Positions 13,301-27,538 of a stretch of 64,000 nucleotides of DNA are shown piece by piece (positions within the stretch are counted from its first letter, which is position 1; each line of letters opens with the position of its first letter). The DNA is from Lama guanicoe. Taxonomy: Eukaryota. The position numbers and the translations under genes were made by a program. Under the pieces are notes generated by a model. That model saw nothing but the letters and a program-made list of their open reading frames with translations, was not told the DNA's origin and did not search any database. The stretch spans positions 6,559,078-6,623,077 of the forward strand of contig MU054001.1 of NCBI GenBank assembly GCA_013239625.1, written 5' to 3'.

Positions 13301-15151
13301 TTTGGTATTCATTTTGTTTTCTCATTACAAAAATATGGCAGCCTATTGTAAAACATTTGAAAGTCTGGAAAAGTATTTTTTAAAAACTGCACTCTTTGCC
13401 ACTTATTAGATACAACAATTTGAACACTGAGCATGCTTTGCTTACTTCTGCTGGTTCCTAGAGTTTCAAAAGAAACTGCAGCAGTGAAGCTGATACTTTA
13501 AAATCCTGGAATCCAGAATTATAGAATCTGTAATTTATTTAAAAAGACAAATGAGACTTGCTAATATTTATTGCTTATCATGTGCCAGATCCTCTACCAA
13601 GCGTTTTGCATGGGTTGTCTCATATAATAGTAACTATATGTAATAATTTCTAAATGAAAGCATGAGAAGTATAGCTTTTAAAAATAGTATAATCTTACAT
13701 ATTATAATATAAGGAGAAAGAGAAAGCAGAAAATTAGCATACAAAATAACAAGTTAATATTTCTGGTTTTTTCTCTTGATTTCTGACTTTAGAGAGTATG
13801 TATCATCCATGATCTAGCCTCATTCATTCAGACTCTGCCTATTCAAGGCTCCCACTTTTCTATATAATTGTGTCATATGTAAGCAAACATACACAAATAG
13901 CCCTTTAAAACCAGACCATTTTCCTCTATGCTAGTCAGAGGGTTGAGCACCTGGAGCTACCTAATAACAACATAGATCCCAGCTTGGAATCATAGGATTT
14001 GGAAATTTTGTACACTTTATAAATTGTATTTTATATTTTTTATAATATTTTATCTAACCACATTATTTTAAGGATTTTTCTAAAACTGTATAACAGAGAA
14101 AGGTGAAGTGATTTGCCCAGGCCCATGCTGTGCATTGGCTCACACAGCAGTAGATGGCCCTACTTAATGGAACATCCTGTACTGTATGAATAGAATGCCT
14201 GAGAGGAGCTGAACTTAATGGTTTTAAGTGTTGACATCAGATAGTCACTTTGGGGTTTATTCTTGGTAAGCACTAATGACCTATAGACTTCTGCATGACT
14301 AATCTGATATGCACAGAAACTAGCAGCAGCAACAAAAATCCTGTTAATAACGGAAGATGAACTACTAACACATATTAAATGTATGCTCTGTTGTGTTTCT
14401 CAGCAGCATTTAATTCAGTTCTTCCTTTCTTTTTGAAGAAGTTACATGTAACTTTAATATGTTTAATGTTAAACTATGTTTAAACTGTATTACAAACCTG
14501 TCACATTAATATGCTGAAAAATTATGGAGAGAGAAAATGAGAATAAAAATTTTCCTTATATAGCCTGTACATTTAAAGAAACCTAACACATTTTAGACTT
14601 TTTTTTAATTAATTTGAAGGGAAGAAAATAGTAAAACTTATGTACATGAGTTGAGTGTGTCCCTTTTTTTCTGATGGTAAAACTAACGGGTGGGTTACAA
14701 AAGGATCTAGTGATAAAGCCAAAGCTGAAAGTAAAATTTTCCTCATCTGTAGTATTCATTAACAAAAACAGTATAATTAATGAAAGTAGCTAAAGACATT
14801 TTTTATCTGCCTTATGTCAAACTTTCATAGCTAGTACAGCCTGGAAATCATGCAGTTTAAGTCTACCTTTCCTGCTGCAGTAACCATGTAGCTGTCACTG
14901 GACAAAAGGTCAGGATGAAATGAAAGGTAGGTGAAATAATAATTTCAGATGAAGAACAGCTTAACCTTTATAATAGTATTTGGGAGTTCTGAATTCCTAA
15001 CTAAACAATATTATCAATGTTATCAATCAGAATATTAACTAAGCTCAAGGAATAATACTATTCCTTCTTGAATCTGTAGTTGCAAAACCTAAGGAAATGC
15101 ATATTCTATTTGTGTTATGTAGACAACTCTTTTATTAAACATACATATATA

Positions 15152-15675
15152 CAGACATACCTCAGAGATACTGCAGGTTTGGTTCCAGACCACTGTAATA
15201 AGTGAATATCACAATAATGTGAATCACACAAATTTTTTGGTCCCAGTGCATATGAAAGTTATGTTTAAGGTATGCTTTAGTCTGTTAAGTGTGCAATATT
15301 ACCATTAAGTCTTTTTAAAAATGTAATTGTATTTTAAAAATACTTTATTGCTAAAAAATGCTAACCATCATCTGAGCCTTCAGCAATTCACAGTAGTAAC
15401 ATCAGAGATCACATGTACACACATGGGTCTGTGTACATGTATGTGTGTTTAACAAATATAATAACAATGGAAAAGTTTGCAAAATGGTGAGAATTACCAA
15501 AATGTGACACAGAGGCACAAAGTGAGCAAATGCTGGTAGAAAAATGGCACCAATAGACTTGCTTGACACAGGGTTGCCACAAACCTTCAATTTGTAGAAA
15601 AAATAAAATTTAAAGAAATCTGCAATGTCTGAGAAGTATAAAAATGCAAAGTGCAATAAAAATGAGTTATTCTCA
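15152..15675 (-). mobile_element. Internally deleted Tigger1 DNA transposon (both ends retained)
   Basis: TA|cagacatacctcagagatactgcaggtttggttccagaccac ... gggttgccacaaaccttcaatttgt ... gtgcaataaaaatgagttat. Confidence 0.88.
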
Positions 15676-16595
15676 TATGATACGTATGTGTGATATGTGC
15701 ATATGTATACATTTAAATCTTATCATTTTCATCCTATTATGTGCTATAATGTGGAACTTCAGATTCAGTAGAGGAAGTCTTCTGAACAACAGAAATAGAT
15801 ACAGGAACCCAATTTTTAGCTTGCTATAAACAAAATGAAAGAGACTGTTAATGTAATTTCAAGTAAATACTCTCAACTATGCTAAACAAGACATTTTATC
15901 TTATACAGAAAATAAAATAATCTAATTTTCCATTGACTTGCCATCTGCTATGGAAGTATAATAATGTGTTTTTTAAATGAGTTAGTGTCTAGCAGCCACA
16001 AGGTCTTTCAGAAGAGGGCCATTCCTTTTGTGACCTTGAGTAATGTACTGGCCCAAGCTTCTGGTTCCTCTTCTGAAAAAAAAAAAAAAAAAGGTAGGGG
16101 ATGGGGGAGATGGCGTTAGACTTACCTCACAGCCTTGCTGTGGGGATTAAGGAAGAGCATGCATGAAAGCAAATTCATGTTCAGAGTTTGGCACTTACCA
16201 GAACATCAGTGAATGTTTGCTAAAAAGATGCTTGATAGCCTTTCTAGAGGATAGTTTCACTATATATGCCCAAAGCTTTAAGCTTAAACCCAGAAATAAT
16301 TATATTTCTATGAATTTATCGCAAGGAAATTGTCAGAGATATGCCAAAGATTTGTGTATACTGCACTATGTCTGTAAAAGTGATCTTCGGTGGTGTTTTT
16401 AAGAGGATAAAATGTTGGATTATAGGGTAGAGGAGAACCTAAATACCCTAATGAGAAAAGTGGGTCTGTGTACATGTATGCGTATTTAATGATGTGGGAA
16501 AAGCTTAGGTTACACTAACCAAGAGAAGATGACAAAATTGTGTGTCGTATGATTTCATTTATGTGAAAAAATAATTTTTTTTTTTGGTATTTGTA

Positions 16596-16967
16596 CGTCT
16601 TAGTCTGTTCCAGTTGCCGTAACAAAGCACCACAGGCTGGGCAGCTTAAACAACAGAGATTTATTTCTCCCAATTCCGGGGGTGGGGAATTGCAAGGTCA
16701 AGGTGCCAGCAAGGTCGACTTCATTCTGAGGTCTCTCCTCTTAGCTAGTAGGCCCCCCATCTTGCTGTGTGCTCACTTGACCCCCTCTTTGTGCTCATGG
16801 GGGAGAGAGAACAAGAGAGCAAGCTTCTTATAAGGACACTAATACTATCAGATCAGGACTCCACCTCCAAGACCTCATTTAACCTTAATATCTTCCTGAG
16901 AGGCCCCATCTCCAAGTACGGCCACACAGAACTTGAGGGGGCAGGGCCTGACATTCAGTCCTTGACA
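16596..16967 (-). mobile_element. MLT1A/B-like MaLR solo LTR
   Basis: gtcttagtctgttc...taacaaagcaccacaggctgggcagcttaaacaacag...acattcagtccttgaca; 5-bp TSD ttgta/gtgta. Confidence 0.85.
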
Positions 16968-17094
16968 GTGTAATACCTTACAACAAATTGGAAACAACAT
17001 ATGGATGGGTTACAAGTGATTTTTATTTTCTTCTTTTTACTTCTCTATATTTTAACTTTTTTTCCTAAAATAACATGTATTCAAAACATTCAAA

Positions 17095-17315
17095 AAACAT
17101 ATAGACATAGGAAGTGACTGGCAGATCAGTGGTTGCTTTGGGCCAGGGGTGGAAAGTGAGGCATGATAGCTGAAGGGCACAGGGTTTCCTTTTTGTGGTG
17201 ATGAAAACTGATTGTGGAGAGAGCTCTGGGAATATACTAAAAACTAATGAATAGGACACTTTAAATGGGTGAATACAATGGTGTGTGAATTATATCTCAA
17301 TAAAATTGCTATAAA
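17095..17315 (+). mobile_element. Ancient L1 3' terminal fragment
   Basis: gcagatcagtggttgc...cactttaaatgggtgaat...gtgtgaattatatctcaataaa. Confidence 0.75.
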
Positions 17316-17868
17316 AATATGTCTGAAGGGGGTTTTGGAAATCTGTTTGTTAGCACTTACAGTCACTGTGTCCAGCATATTCTCCCCCGCTGCATATTAT
17401 GTTGTCTGGGCTTTTGACTCCTAGTCAGTTTTTCTCAGCGAAGATCTGTTGTGCAGCAAAAACATTCATTGCTATCAACAGGAATCTGTCTGCTTGGAAG
17501 AGGAAGATATACACATGTAAATAGCTAAAGAGCAGTAAAACGAGCTTTATACTCGAATGTTGAATGGAATTATATATGCTACAAGATTTTAAGGTCAAAG
17601 AAGGCTTCTGTGACGATGATAGGTGGGAACCTAGATGCTGAAAGATGGTTAAGGTTTGGAAAGACCAAAATGGGCAGTTAACATTCCAGGAGTGGGAGGC
17701 CATGATCACAGCAATAAAGAATGAGCAGGTAGTAAGAAGTAGAAACTAACTCGCCTTCTTGTACTGTGTTGAAGATTGTTAAGAGACAATGTTGATAGTA
17801 TCCATTGATACATGGGCATCTATCGCAAAGAGATTTTTTCAGTGAACCAGTAACTGCAGATACTTCAT

Positions 17869-18325
17869 TGAATTAGTCAGGGTTCTCCAGAGAAACAGAA
17901 CCAATAGAAAATAGAGAACAAGAGAGAGAGATTATAAGTAATTGATTCACATAGTTATGGAAGCTGGCAAGTGCAAAATCTGCAGAACCAACATCCCAGT
18001 TTGAGTCAAAAGGCCAGCGGGCAGCTGAGAACCAGGAAAAACTGATGTCCCAGTTCATCAGGCAGAAAAACCTCATGTCCTAGTTTGAAGGCCATAAGGC
18101 AGGAGAGTGCTTACTCAGGAAAAGGTCGGCTTTTGTTCTATTTATTTAGGCCTTCAACCGGTTGGATGAGACCCACACACGTTATGAAGAGAAATCTGTT
18201 TTACTCAATGTAATGATTAAATGTTAATCTTATCCAAAACACTGTCACAGAAACAACTAAAATAACGATTGACCATATATCTGGGCACCTCATGGCCCAG
18301 TTAAGTTGACACATATAACCATTAC
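17869..18325 (-). mobile_element. MLT2 (ERVL) solo LTR
   Basis: ttagtcagggttctccagagaaacagaaccaatag ... ggcccagttaagttgacacata. Confidence 0.88.
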
Positions 18326-18519
18326 TGTATTTAAATTCTTCATCAGAGTCTGTGATCAAATGTGTAGATTAAGAAGGTGAATTTTGCAGCAATATTCAGA
18401 AGAAAAAGTAGATGTTCATTAAAAAAAAAAAGTCTGACCTAAGAGGTCGGGCCTTGGAATACAGTCATCTACATGTAAAGTGATAAGACGGTAGAAAGAA
18501 AGTTGTGGCAATGGGAGGA

Positions 18520-21500
18520 AATAAGGTGAAAGTGCATAGCTTGGTGAGATTTTACAGAGATACTCTCCCTTGTAGCCACAATCAAGATAAAATATTTCCA
18601 GCACCCCAGAAAGACCCCTCATATTCCCTTGCCCAGCCAACATTCCCTGCGGGAGTGTGACTACTGTTCTGATCTCTGTCACCATAGATTAGTTTTTCCA
18701 TTTCTGAATGTTATTTAAATGCAGTCGTACAGTATGTTCTCTTTGTGTCTGGCTTCTTTTGTTCACTATTATGTCTGTGAAATTCATCCAACACTTAACA
18801 TTTGTAAATAGAATCTTACTGAACATATTTGCCTACATCTTTTTTTTCCACCTTATCAAGAGAGTATGAATATCTTTTGAAGTCAGCACTTACAGGTGTC
18901 TCATTCTTTTAATAGACCCATGTCATTCCATAATACTATAGATGTTCCATAATTTATTAAGCATTTTCTCTCTCAGTCGATACATAGGTAATTTCCAGTA
19001 TTTCATACACGTGAAACTGATGAGTTGGGGGGCTATGTTTTTAGTGTTAACAGATAATACCAAATTACCTTTCTCAAAAGTTGTACACATTTATATTCCC
19101 ACCAGCATATGACACTGTCCAGTTTACCACATTTTCATCTAAAAGCTGTACAGTTTTATTTCAGTAATAAATTTGTTTTTAGAAAAAGTAATACATGCAA
19201 ATGGTGAAAAAATATAAAAGAATATAATGGTGAAAAGTAAGTCCCCCTTTCACCCCTGTTTCCCAGTGGTCCAGTTCTTCTCCCCAAAAACAACCTCTTC
19301 TTTGTGTCCAGGATATTTTATGCATATATAAGCACATATATGTAAATATTTTTATTTTACATAGATGATAGTTCTAGACTTTGCTTTCTCCACTTAACAA
19401 TATATCTTGTTAAGATAACAAGATAATCTAAAGCTATCTCGTTTTAACCACTAAATAGTGTCACATAGTATGGACACAGCGTAATTTAATGAGTTCCTTA
19501 TTGATAGATATCAGGTTATTTTCAGTCTCTTATGGTTATTATTACAAATGATGCCACAGGGAATATCCTGTAGGATGAATTCCTGAAAACTGAATTACTA
19601 AAAATAATACATGTGCATTTTTTAAATAAGCATTATTGAAATATAGCGTACATAACAGAAAAATGTACGTAAGTACACAGGTCTGTAAATTTTCACTAAG
19701 TAAATAAATGCACACATGAAAATATTCTCAGATCAAGAAGAACATGATAACAGCAACCAGAAGCTTCCTCATGCCCTGCTTTTTTGTTACTAACCCAGTT
19801 TACCTACAGGTAACTGCTAATTTAATTTCCAGAACACTAGGTTAATTCTTCCTGGTTTTGACCTTGCATTTTTTGTTTTAACAAATGTCCCTTCATAGAA
19901 ATCATATCAGTTTACACTTCTGCTTACAGTGTAGGAGAATGAACATTTCCTATCACCTTCACCAACCCAGTGGATTATTAAGCTTTTTGAGTTTTGCCAA
20001 TTACAAAGTGAAAAGTGTTTTCTTGTTTTGCATTTTTCTTATACTGAGCATAGTTCAGCGTCTTTCCATGTGTTCAAGAGCCATCCGTATTTTTTCTATG
20101 AACGGCCCTTGTCCTTTTTCATTTTCTTACTGATTTATAAATGTACCATAGCATATATTAGGGAAATTATTCCTTTGTGATATACATTATAAATATTCTT
20201 CATAGCTTGCCATTTATCTTTGACTTTATTGTTTTTCCTACAGACATTTTATTGGGTTCTTTTTGCCTTTTTGTTAGGTATAAAATTGATTTTTTCCCCT
20301 GACTAGTGAGGCTGAGTATCTTTCTTCATGGTTTTTTGATTATTGGTACTTTATCTTCTGGATATTATTTCTTGATACCCTTTGGTTTTATTAGATTATC
20401 CTCTCCTAACTCATATCTAGAAGCTCTTTGTGTATTAGCAATAGTATCACTTTGTATGTTTTTTTTTTAAAAGTTCACAGCCCCCGGTCATTTGGTTTTT
20501 TTTTAATTTTGTGATATCTTTTTTAATTCTGTAACACCACGATAGCTCTACTGAGGTATAATTTACATACCATACCATTCGCCCATTTGATTTTACCATA
20601 TTCACAGAATTGTGCAAACATCACCACAATCAATTGTAGAACATTTTCATCACCATAGGAGAAACCCTGTGCCCTTTAGCTACCACCCTCAATCCCCCAT
20701 CCCCAGTCCTAGGCAGCCACTACTTTCTGTATCCATAGATTTGTCTATCCTGGATATTTCATATAAATGGGTTCATATAATATGTGATCTGACTTCTTTC
20801 ACTGAGATAATGTTTTCAAGGTCCTTCTATGCTGTAGCATGCATCAGTACTTTATTTCTTTTAATTGTCAAATATCCCATTATATAAATATACCACATTT
20901 TGTTTATCCATCATTTGATGGACATTTGGATGGTTTCCTTTTGGCTATTATGAATAATACTGCTGTGAACATTCATGTACAAGTTTTTGTGTGGACATAT
21001 ATTTTAATTCCTGTTGATATATACCTAGGAATGAAACTGTTGGGTTAAATGGGAACTCTTTGTTCATCTTTTTAAGGAATTGCCAAAGTTTTCCAAAGTA
21101 GCTCGACCATTTTACATTCCCACCAGAAATGTATGAGAGATCCAATTTCTCTACATCGTCACTAAAATTTGTTTTTATCTGACTTTTTGATTATACCCAT
21201 CCTAATGGATGTGACGTGGTATCTCACTGGGGGTTTGTTTTGCTTTTTTTAACATCTTTACCATTTTTTGTGTGTGGTAACATAAAATTTACTATCTTAG
21301 CCATTTTTAAGTGTACAGTTTAGTAGTGTTTAGTGTTTCACATTGTTGTGAAACAGATCTCCAGAACTTTTTCACCTTACAAATCTGAAACTCTGTACCC
21401 ATTTAACAACTGCCCCTCTTCCCTTACCCTCAACCTCTGGTAATCACCATTCTGTTTTGTTTCTCTGAATTTGACAACTTTCGATACAGTATTTGTCTTT

Positions 21501-21900
21501 TTATGTTTGATTTACCTAGCATAATGCCCTCAAAGTTCATTCATGTTATACCATGTGACAGGATTTCTTTCCTTTTTAAAGTGGGATAGTATTCATTTCC
21601 ACTCTGAGTTTATACCACATTTTGTTTAGCCACTCTTCTGCCAGTGGGCATTCATTTGGGTTACTTCCACCTCTTGAATAGTGTGAACGGTCTGCATTTC
21701 ATTGTGGTTTCGGTTTGTATATCCCTGATCACTAATTATGCTGAGCATCTTTTTATGAGCTTTTGATACCTCTGTATAATCTTTGGAGAAATGCCTATTC
21801 AGATCCTTTGCCCATCTTTTCATTGGTTTCTCTTTTTATTATTGAAGTGCAAGAGTTCTTTATATTAGCCGTGTCTTTACCAAATGTAATTTTTATTTTA
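18520..21900 (-). mobile_element. Cluster of nested ancient L1 (L1MA/MB/ME-like) 3' fragments
   Basis: Several L1 3'UTR and ORF2-end signatures, for example at 20545-21230 and 21260-21700; the minus-strand ORF remnant KRWAKDLNRHFSK lies in 21626-21823. Confidence 0.75.
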
Positions 21901-23293
21901 TACATCAAAGTCTAACTTTATTTTCCTCCAACTAGCCAATTATCTGGTACCGTTTACTGAATAATTCATTCTTTCCCTCCCTAACAAGTGTTTATTAAGT
22001 AAATATATTGGGCTAGGCCCTGAGAAAGTAAGAATAAAATTATACAGAGCTTGCATCCTGGTACAAAGACAGACTTGTGAGTAAATAATTTGCTATTCAG
22101 CATGATAACGTTTTAATGAAGGTTTATGAAAATCACTTTGGGACAAGTGAAGTATTAATGACTGCCTAGAGTTGAGGGAAGAGGAACAAAGGAGAGGGAG
22201 AAGTAAGGTCATGGAGTGTTTGAGAATAAAAGAGGCACTGTGCTGGGATAAATAAACTTAAATTGAAAATTGTTTTACAAGTATGAAACATTTCAGTGTT
22301 TCCTCAAGTTGTATTTAATGTAAGTATTATAGTAAATGAACAAGTATCTTCTTTTGTGATGAAATGTCACATTCATTTCTTGATGCCTTTGTACTCTATA
22401 TACCCTGCCTAAGTATAATATTTCTATTAGAATGACTGTCATTTCACATTTGTAGAATATAAATAAACATAAGGAACCATTTTCCTATGGATATATTTGA
22501 GCTAGCCAGTAATCACAATTATTATTGATATAATTGATACTTACTGAGAAGTCAGTCCTAAGTATTATCAGCTGTCTTCTTTTAATTTATAACATATAGA
22601 ATATTTAATAGCACATATTTAATAGTCTGCCTTCTTACAAAGGAATTGGTTCACATGAGATGGTAGTAGTATAGTTATATTACAAAACTTGTGTTAGTTA
22701 TAGAATGTTCAGATAGTCTAGCTTTTTCTTTTTGGGTGATTATAGAAAAATGTATCATAATTTTTGTATATTTGTTGTAGGCCCGTGAATTATTTTATAG
22801 GTGTGTTCTCTGTACAAGTTATCAGAGCTGCCCAAACTCTTTGACCCAGGAACTTTGACTAGATAAATGGAAATGGTCTAGTCTGAGATATGAAATGCTA
22901 AATACTCTATTTGGGTTCATTTGTATACATTTTAATTGGTTTGCATTTGGCACTTCTCTGTCAGATCCTGAGTCATCCTGGGAATTTAGCTAACCAGATA
23001 TAAAGTAGAACCTACTGCCAACAGTAGGTATGATATGACCATGATTAATTATCTCACCTATGTGTTTCACAAAATGGCACCATCTTGACTGCTTAATAAA
23101 GGCTTTAGATGTGTTGGCATAAAGTGAACAACAGAAATTTAATTTCCTCAGATCTAAAGAAATTGAATTGGTTTCTACTTATGATCATGAATCAGTCGGG
23201 CATAATAGATTTTAGGGGAAAAATTAGAGCTTACTTTAAATGTAAGTTTACATTCTAACAGTAATAATAGTTTTTTTTTAAATTCTTCCACAG

Positions 23294-23337
23294 TTCTTAG
23301 TGGTTTCTGTTCTAATGACTGCCCTCGTAAGATAACA
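23294..23337 (+). CDS. ITFG1: ITFG1 internal coding exon (44 nt), (V)LSGFCSNDCPRKIT
   Basis: Acceptor ttcttccacAG and donor GTaagt at 23338; phase 1 to phase 0, consistent with both neighbouring exons. Confidence 0.94.
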
Positions 23338-24174
23338 GTAAGTAACCTTAATTCTCAGTTGTAAATATTTCTGTGAAAATTCTCTGCATGATAAATAGAT
23401 GCACACAAAATAGTTGTTATAGGTTAAATCAAATTGTTGTTATTTTTAGAAGTGATTAAAGTATCCTTCAGTGCTCAAGTAAAGTTTACTGGGAATAAAG
23501 TACCTTTACTAAAAAATTTCTTACCTAAGGTTCACTTCCTTTATGAAGACTTTTCTGAATTTTTTTGGAAAATTGACCACACCTCCCATTATTTCTGGGC
23601 ATATTACTGCCATTTTGGCATATATAATACTTGATCACACTCTGTTTGTATTTAATGCCTCTCCACACTAGACTGCAATCCCTTGAGGCCAAGAACCATG
23701 CTGTCTTTGTATACCTGGTTCATAGCACAGGGTCAGGCATGTAGTAGACAATAAATGAATTTTGGGGGGTAAAATCTTAATACTGACTTGCTGTATAATG
23801 GAATATTTCCATGAAATAACAAAATGTGAAAATAATTAGGCTTAGTTTTTGAAATTTCCAGTTCATGTAAATTGTAATAAGAATATTACATTATATTTAA
23901 AAGCATGAGCATGAATGCATGCACGTGTGTTGGTATATCCCTGTTTGGGTCCTCATAAAAACCCTTGTTTCATAAGGAATTATATGCCTTATTTAAAGGT
24001 GAGGAAACTTAAGGCTCAGAGAAATGTTATCCAAAATCATAGAGCCATTAATTAATGAAACTAAAACACAGAACTAGATGTTCTGATTAGAGTTTCATAT
24101 TTTTAATAACCCTTTAAAGCACTACTTCATTATCAATGTTTTATGTATGATTGGGAAACTTCCCATATTTAAGA

Positions 24175-24545
24175 CATGTGGAAGCAGACCCTGACCCAGA
24201 GATTTGCATGGAAAGGTTTAATCTAGACTCTTCTTGAGAGCAACATCTCTGGAGTAGTTAGGAAAGCAGGACTGGCTGAAGGAGAAGTTGGTGTATGAGC
24301 TGTGGAGCTAGGATGGTTTTTCTAAGATGGTCCTGCATGAACCAGATATAGCATGCAGGCAGTCTCTAGGAAGGGGTTATAATTTGTACAAGCCAGCTCC
24401 CTTTGGTTAAGAAAATTTCTAGGTAAGAATTTCTAGGTAAGAACTCAGCTGTGAGTTGTTAGCAGCCAACACTTGGAACAGCTCAGGGAATACTGCCTCA
24501 GTCCTGAAGGGAAGGTCTGGGCACTGTGTCACGACATCCACTGTG
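24175..24545 (-). mobile_element. Old ERVL-class LTR (LTR33/40/41-like)
   Basis: gaagcagaccctgacccagagatttgcatggaaaggtttaat...gaaagcaggactggctgaaggagaagttg. Confidence 0.55.
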
Positions 24546-25174
24546 AATGATATGAGTACCTGGTCAAACGTATCTGCTTCCATATCATTATAAAAATGTA
24601 GGTGTACAGTGGGGGAGGCTCTGAGGAGGGGAAGTGCAGAGGGTATGTGGGAAATCTGTACTTCCCACCTAATTTTTACTGTGAATCAAAAACGATAAAA
24701 ATAAAGTTATTTTTTTAAGATAAATGCAAGTCTGATTAATTGGGGGCTAATCTTTAGGTATTGTCTAACCAATTTGTGAAATATTCAGACCCTTTGTTCC
24801 TCTTCTTTTCTTATTGACCATATCCCCACTGTATGGCTCTTTCATTACATGGTCAATCAAAGAACTTTAAAAAGTTGAAATTGAGCCCATTTTTTTTACC
24901 CACAAATTTTAGCAGAAATTTTGATAGGAAAGGCTGTTTGATTAGGGCAGGTTATACTTCTAAGGTCACTAATGCTCCTTATCCTAAACTAACACCCACT
25001 TCTATTATATGGAGAACGGAACCATTTAGAAAGTCACATAAGTAAAGTCCAGCGTGCAGAGCTGTTCTTAGAATGACTACTCTAACAGCCCAGCACCTTT
25101 GGGCTTTTCTGCGAGTGCCTCCCATTCATCCATTTATTCATCCTCTGCCTCCCATTCATTCATTACTTTCTTTG

Positions 25175-26645
25175 AAGTTCAGATCCTTCTTCTGTTCTTT
25201 TCTCTCCTCCTTTTCCTTCTGGTAGTCCCACAACACATGTTACACCTTGATAATTTTCCCAGAGTTCTTGGATACTCTGTTCCGTCTTTTCATCAGTTTC
25301 CCTCTTTGGACTTCAGTTTTGGAGGTTTCTGTTGTTATATCTTCAAGTTCACTGATCCTTTCCTTGGCTGTGTCTAATCTACTGATGAGCTCATCAGAGG
25401 CATTCTTTATTTCTGTTGCAGTATTTTTTATTTCTACCACTTCCTTTTGATTTTTCTTAGAGTTTCCATCTCTCTGCCTAAATTAACGATCTTTTCTTGC
25501 ATGCTGTCTCCTTTTTTCCATTAGAGCCTTTATCTTGTTAATCATAATGATTTTAAATTTCTGGTCTGATAATTCCAGCATCCATGCCATATCTGAATTT
25601 GGTTCTGATGCTTGCTTTGTCTATTCAAACTTTGTTTTCTGCCTGCTAGCATGCCTTGAAATTTTTTGTTGAGAGCCAGACATGATGTATTGGATGAAAG
25701 AAACTGGTAGATAAGCCTTTATTATGAGGTTTTATGTTTATCTGGCTAGGAAATAGACTGTGTTACTGTTTGCAGTAGCTGTGCTGTCAAAGGCAAAATT
25801 TTCCTCTAGTGTCTTTTTTATCTCCTCTGTTGTCTTTATGTCACCCTACAGACACCCTCTTAAATGGGTCTGAAGTTTGCAGTTCTGTTAACTGTAATCT
25901 CATTATTAAACAGGAGCCCAATTGATGTGGTTGTGAAGTATAGCACTACAGTAGGAGAAGCATCCTATAACTCTGTGATTAAGTCTCAGTCTTAGTGAGC
26001 CTGTATCCCTGGGCTGAGACTTGCACAGGTGCTTCTCAGCTTCCCCTCCCCTGCAGGTTAAACAGGAAAGCTAGAGGAGGCTAAAGTTAGTTATTTCCTT
26101 TCCCCCGGGTTAGGCTTTAGTAAAACCCAAATTACTTGAGCTCTGGTAAAATAGTTTTCCTTAAGGGCAAGCTATCATTAAGGACAAGAGAGCTCTGGGC
26201 ATATTTTTAAATGTTTTCTTGCCCCTCTCTGTGCTAGAAGCATGAGGGGTTTTTCCCCCAAACTTCCCCCTTGAGAATTTGATGAACTCCTGGAGGTAAA
26301 AGTTACAGAAGTGTGGGGTTCCTCTAAGACTGCCTCCCTGTCTCCCCCAGAGTTTTGAACTCTCAAACTGTTTTAACTGATTCTTCAGCAATTTTTCAAT
26401 CACAGTTTAAGTGTTCCTACCAGTACTGGCTCCAATTTCAGTCTTCTGCTTCTAGACTTCTGCTCCCAGTAAGCTGTGATTCTCTGTGTCTGCCTCTCTC
26501 AGTTTTCAGGGTAACAGTTTGCCCTGTGACCTCAGTTCTCTGATGCATCTAAATAGAGTTGATTTTCAGTTTCTTCAGCTTTTTTTGCTATGAGTACAGG
26601 AATAACAACTTCCAAGCTTTTTACATGTCGGACCAGAAACCAGAA
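25175..26645 (-). mobile_element. Ancient L1M 5'UTR plus ORF1 N-terminal part
   Basis: Minus ORF 25240-25440 EIKNTATEIKNASDELISRLDTAKERISELED is an ORF1 coiled coil; the 5'UTR is homologous to 54195-55690. Confidence 0.85.
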
Positions 26646-27538
26646 GCTCTCCTTGAATTTTTATCAGTATTGCTTTATTTTGTTTGTTTATTTCTTATAG
26701 CTTTATTGCAGTATAATTTACATGCAATAAAACTGTACACATCTGATATATTTGATTTGATGTTATGATATGTATAATATATATGTATATATGCAATATA
26801 TCTTTTTATGGATACACAGAGATGATCAATAACTAATATCAAAATAATGAGTATATCACATCCAACAGTTTTTCGTGCCCTTCGGCTGTCCCTCCTTTCC
26901 ACCTTCCCTGGCCCTCCTTCCCTACCCAGCTCTTCCTCAGACACCACTGATAGGTTCTCTGTCAGTCAGTGTTGCTTTATTTTAAAAGTTGTTTTTGTTT
27001 TGTTACTTCATGGCTTTTAAAGTATATCTTCCTCTGTGACATTTTTTGCTCTTTACCTTGAATTGTGTTTTTAACTTTTTTTGAAAAATTTTAAATATGG
27101 TTAAAAATATACAGTAGTATAAAACTCCCTGTGCCCATACTACTGTCCAGCTGGAACACTACCCCCGCATACTCAGTCTTATTTCACCTATACCCCCATC
27201 CACTACTTACTCCCCTCACAGCCTCCCTTAGATAATTTTAAGGCAAATTCGTCATATCTTATATTCTGTAAATACTTTAGTGTGAGATAAGGAATTTACA
27301 TATGAGACTGGAAATTCTTGTTTTTCATAAGAACTACTTTAGATATTTTCCAGTTTCCTTTACATCCAACCCCAACTTCCAGTCCTCAGTAACTGACCTT
27401 GTCTCCTACCTCAAAGAGCAAATAAGAAGATAAAGTGAGAATTTCTTCAACTATCCACGTAACTTTGGGAAAATTATTTAACTCCTGTCAGGTCTCTTTG
27501 TCCACATGTATATAACAGGGAAACTAATAGTACCCATT

